Shown piece by piece: positions 62,404 to 64,000 of a DNA stretch of 64,000 nucleotides. Numbering within the stretch: the first letter of the stretch is position 1; every line of letters starts with the position of its first letter. This DNA is from Myxococcales bacterium (lineage in GTDB: Bacteria > Myxococcota_A > UBA9042), in contig JBBISH010000016.1 in the NCBI GenBank assembly GCA_037441385.1, positions 8,700-72,699 of the forward strand, in the 5' to 3' direction. The notes below the pieces were generated by a model, which was not told the origin of the DNA, searched no databases, and worked only from the letters and a program-made list of their open reading frames with translations. Position numbers and translations under genes: made by a program.

Positions 62404-64000
62404 ATGCGCAAGCAATCGATTCGGCTCGAACTGAACGGCATTCGCGGTCTGTTTGGGCGCGTGGCCCTGGCGGCCTTGATGGCCGTGGCGCTGGCCGCCT
62501 GCGGCAGTGACCAAACCGCCGAGGGACCGACCGGCACAGGCACAAAGGATACCGGCAAGACGGACCTTGGCGATGACTTGGGCACGCCCGAGGACACCGC
62601 GACCCCCGACACGGTCGATGCCGGTTCTGACATCGCCGTCCTCGACAGCCAGGATACCGGTGGCGGCACCGACGACGTCGCGCAGCCTGACACCACGCCG
62701 ACCGATACTCAGCCGGCCGACACCTCGAATTGCCCCGGTGGCGCCGGCTGCCCGTGCCAGACCAAGAACGACTGCACCGAATCCGGCCAGTGCATCCAGA
62801 CCCCCAAGGGCCAGGTTTGCGCCAAGCTGTGCCAGAAAGCTGAAGACTGCGGCGCCGGCGAAGGCTGCGTGCAGGGTCTGGGCGGCATCGACGCCCCGTT
62901 CATCTGCAAGCCCAAGTGGGCCTCGATCTGCAACCCCTGCAACAGCAACGACCTCTGCCTGCAGCTCGACGCGTCGGCCAAGTGCATCGACGGCGGCGAC
63001 AAGGGTGCCTTCTGCGGCGCTGGCTGCTCGGTCGACACCGACTGCCCCGGCGGCTACGAGTGCAAGAACAGCAAGGACGTGAGCGGCGCCGAGAGCATGC
63101 AGTGCGTGGTCAAGGGCGGCGCGGCTTGCACCTGCAGCGAGTACGCGGTGCAGAACAAGCTCCAGACCACCTGCTTCGTTACCGCTGGCGAGGCCAAGTG
63201 CAAGGGCAACCGCATCTGCACCCCCAGCGGCCTGACCGGCTGCCAGGCCGCGGATCCCAAGCCCGAGGAGTGCAACGGCGCCGACGACGACTGCAACGGC
63301 CAGACCGACGAAGGCACCTGCGACGACAAGAACGCCTGCACCGACAACATCTGCAAGGGCAACGCCGGCTGCGAGAACCCCGCCAAGAACGGCTCGTGCG
63401 ATGCCGACGGCACCGTTTGCACCAAGGACGACACCTGCGTGGGCGGCAAGTGCATCGCCGGTCAGGTCGTCAACTGCGACGACAAGAACGACTGCACCCT
63501 GGACAGCTGCGACATGGCCAAGGGCTGCACCTACACCTTCGACGACGGCAAGTTCTGCAACTCGGACGACAATCCGTGCACCGAGAACGACGCCTGCAAG
63601 TCCGGCAAGTGCGAGCCCGGCCCGGCCAAGGCCTGCCAGTCGAGCGATCAGTGCACCACCGGCAAGTGCTCGACCCTGGACGGCAAGTGCAAGTACTCGT
63701 TCCAGGATCAGTTCTCGTGCAACGACGGCAACGCCTGCACCGACAAGGACAAGTGCGACGTGAACAAGGGCGACTGCTTCGGCACCAGCATCAGCTGCGA
63801 CGACCAGAACCCGTGCACGGCCGATAGCTGCAACCCGACCGCCGGCTGCACCCACGACAAGACCTTGACCAGTGCCTGCGACGACGGCGACGCCTGCACG
63901 GCCAAGGACGTCTGCTCGCAGGGCACCTGCGGCGGCACCGCCATCGACCCCACCAAGCCCAAAGAGATTGGCGGCTGCGACGACGGCAACCCCTGCACCG
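62404..64000 (+). CDS. Second Cys-rich repeat lipoprotein (paralog; runs off right edge)
   Basis: GGGGGA RBS, MRKQSIRL...ALAAC lipobox, CPGGAGCPC, EECNGADDDCNGQTDEG and CDDKN.CT repeats collinear with the upstream gene; missing from the ORF track because there is no stop in the window. Confidence 0.9.
   Translation, partial: MRKQSIRLELNGIRGLFGRVALAALMAVALAACGSDQTAEGPTGTGTKDTGKTDLGDDLGTPEDTATPDTVDAGSDIAVLDSQDTGGGTDDVAQPDTTPTDTQPADTSNCPGGAGCPCQTKNDCTESGQCIQTPKGQVCAKLCQKAEDCGAGEGCVQGLGGIDAPFICKPKWASICNPCNSNDLCLQLDASAKCIDGGDKGAFCGAGCSVDTDCPGGYECKNSKDVSGAESMQCVVKGGAACTCSEYAVQNKLQTTCFVTAGEAKCKGNRICTPSGLTGCQAADPKPEECNGADDDCNGQTDEGTCDDKNACTDNICKGNAGCENPAKNGSCDADGTVCTKDDTCVGGKCIAGQVVNCDDKNDCTLDSCDMAKGCTYTFDDGKFCNSDDNPCTENDACKSGKCEPGPAKACQSSDQCTTGKCSTLDGKCKYSFQDQFSCNDGNACTDKDKCDVNKGDCFGTSISCDDQNPCTADSCNPTAGCTHDKTLTSACDDGDACTAKDVCSQGTCGGTAIDPTKPKEIGGCDDGNPCT

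Overview
High-GC bacterial chromosomal window, most consistent with a Myxococcota/deltaproteobacterium (inference from gene content: Cys-rich repeat lipoproteins, PEGA/TPR protein, OmpA with TSP3 repeats, GlnRS with a Yqey-like tail, rpoD-tRNA-Ile-zinc-ribbon synteny). It is mostly housekeeping and envelope genes: glnS, enoyl-CoA hydratase, Slt-type lytic transglycosylase, mutL-miaA, kdd, UbiA-family prenyltransferase, pilMNOPQ followed by an aroK-aroB fusion, argD, a DsbA-like protein, M16 peptidase, mtnA, a very large GT-C-type membrane protein, dnaG-rpoD-tRNA(CAT), RNase HI, ALDH, GMC oxidoreductase and two tandem Cys-rich repeat lipoproteins. No CRISPR array, transposase or prophage was seen. 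The standout is a 2374-aa PilQ secretin with about 1,600 aa of predicted coiled coil, including six ~199-aa repeats, inserted between two AMIN-like domains. Also notable are a long hairpin-rich leader with a 6x17-bp tandem repeat upstream of dnaG, an enlarged sigma70, and a candidate ~175-nt structured RNA between the Cys-rich genes. All assignments are by eye; no database searches were run.
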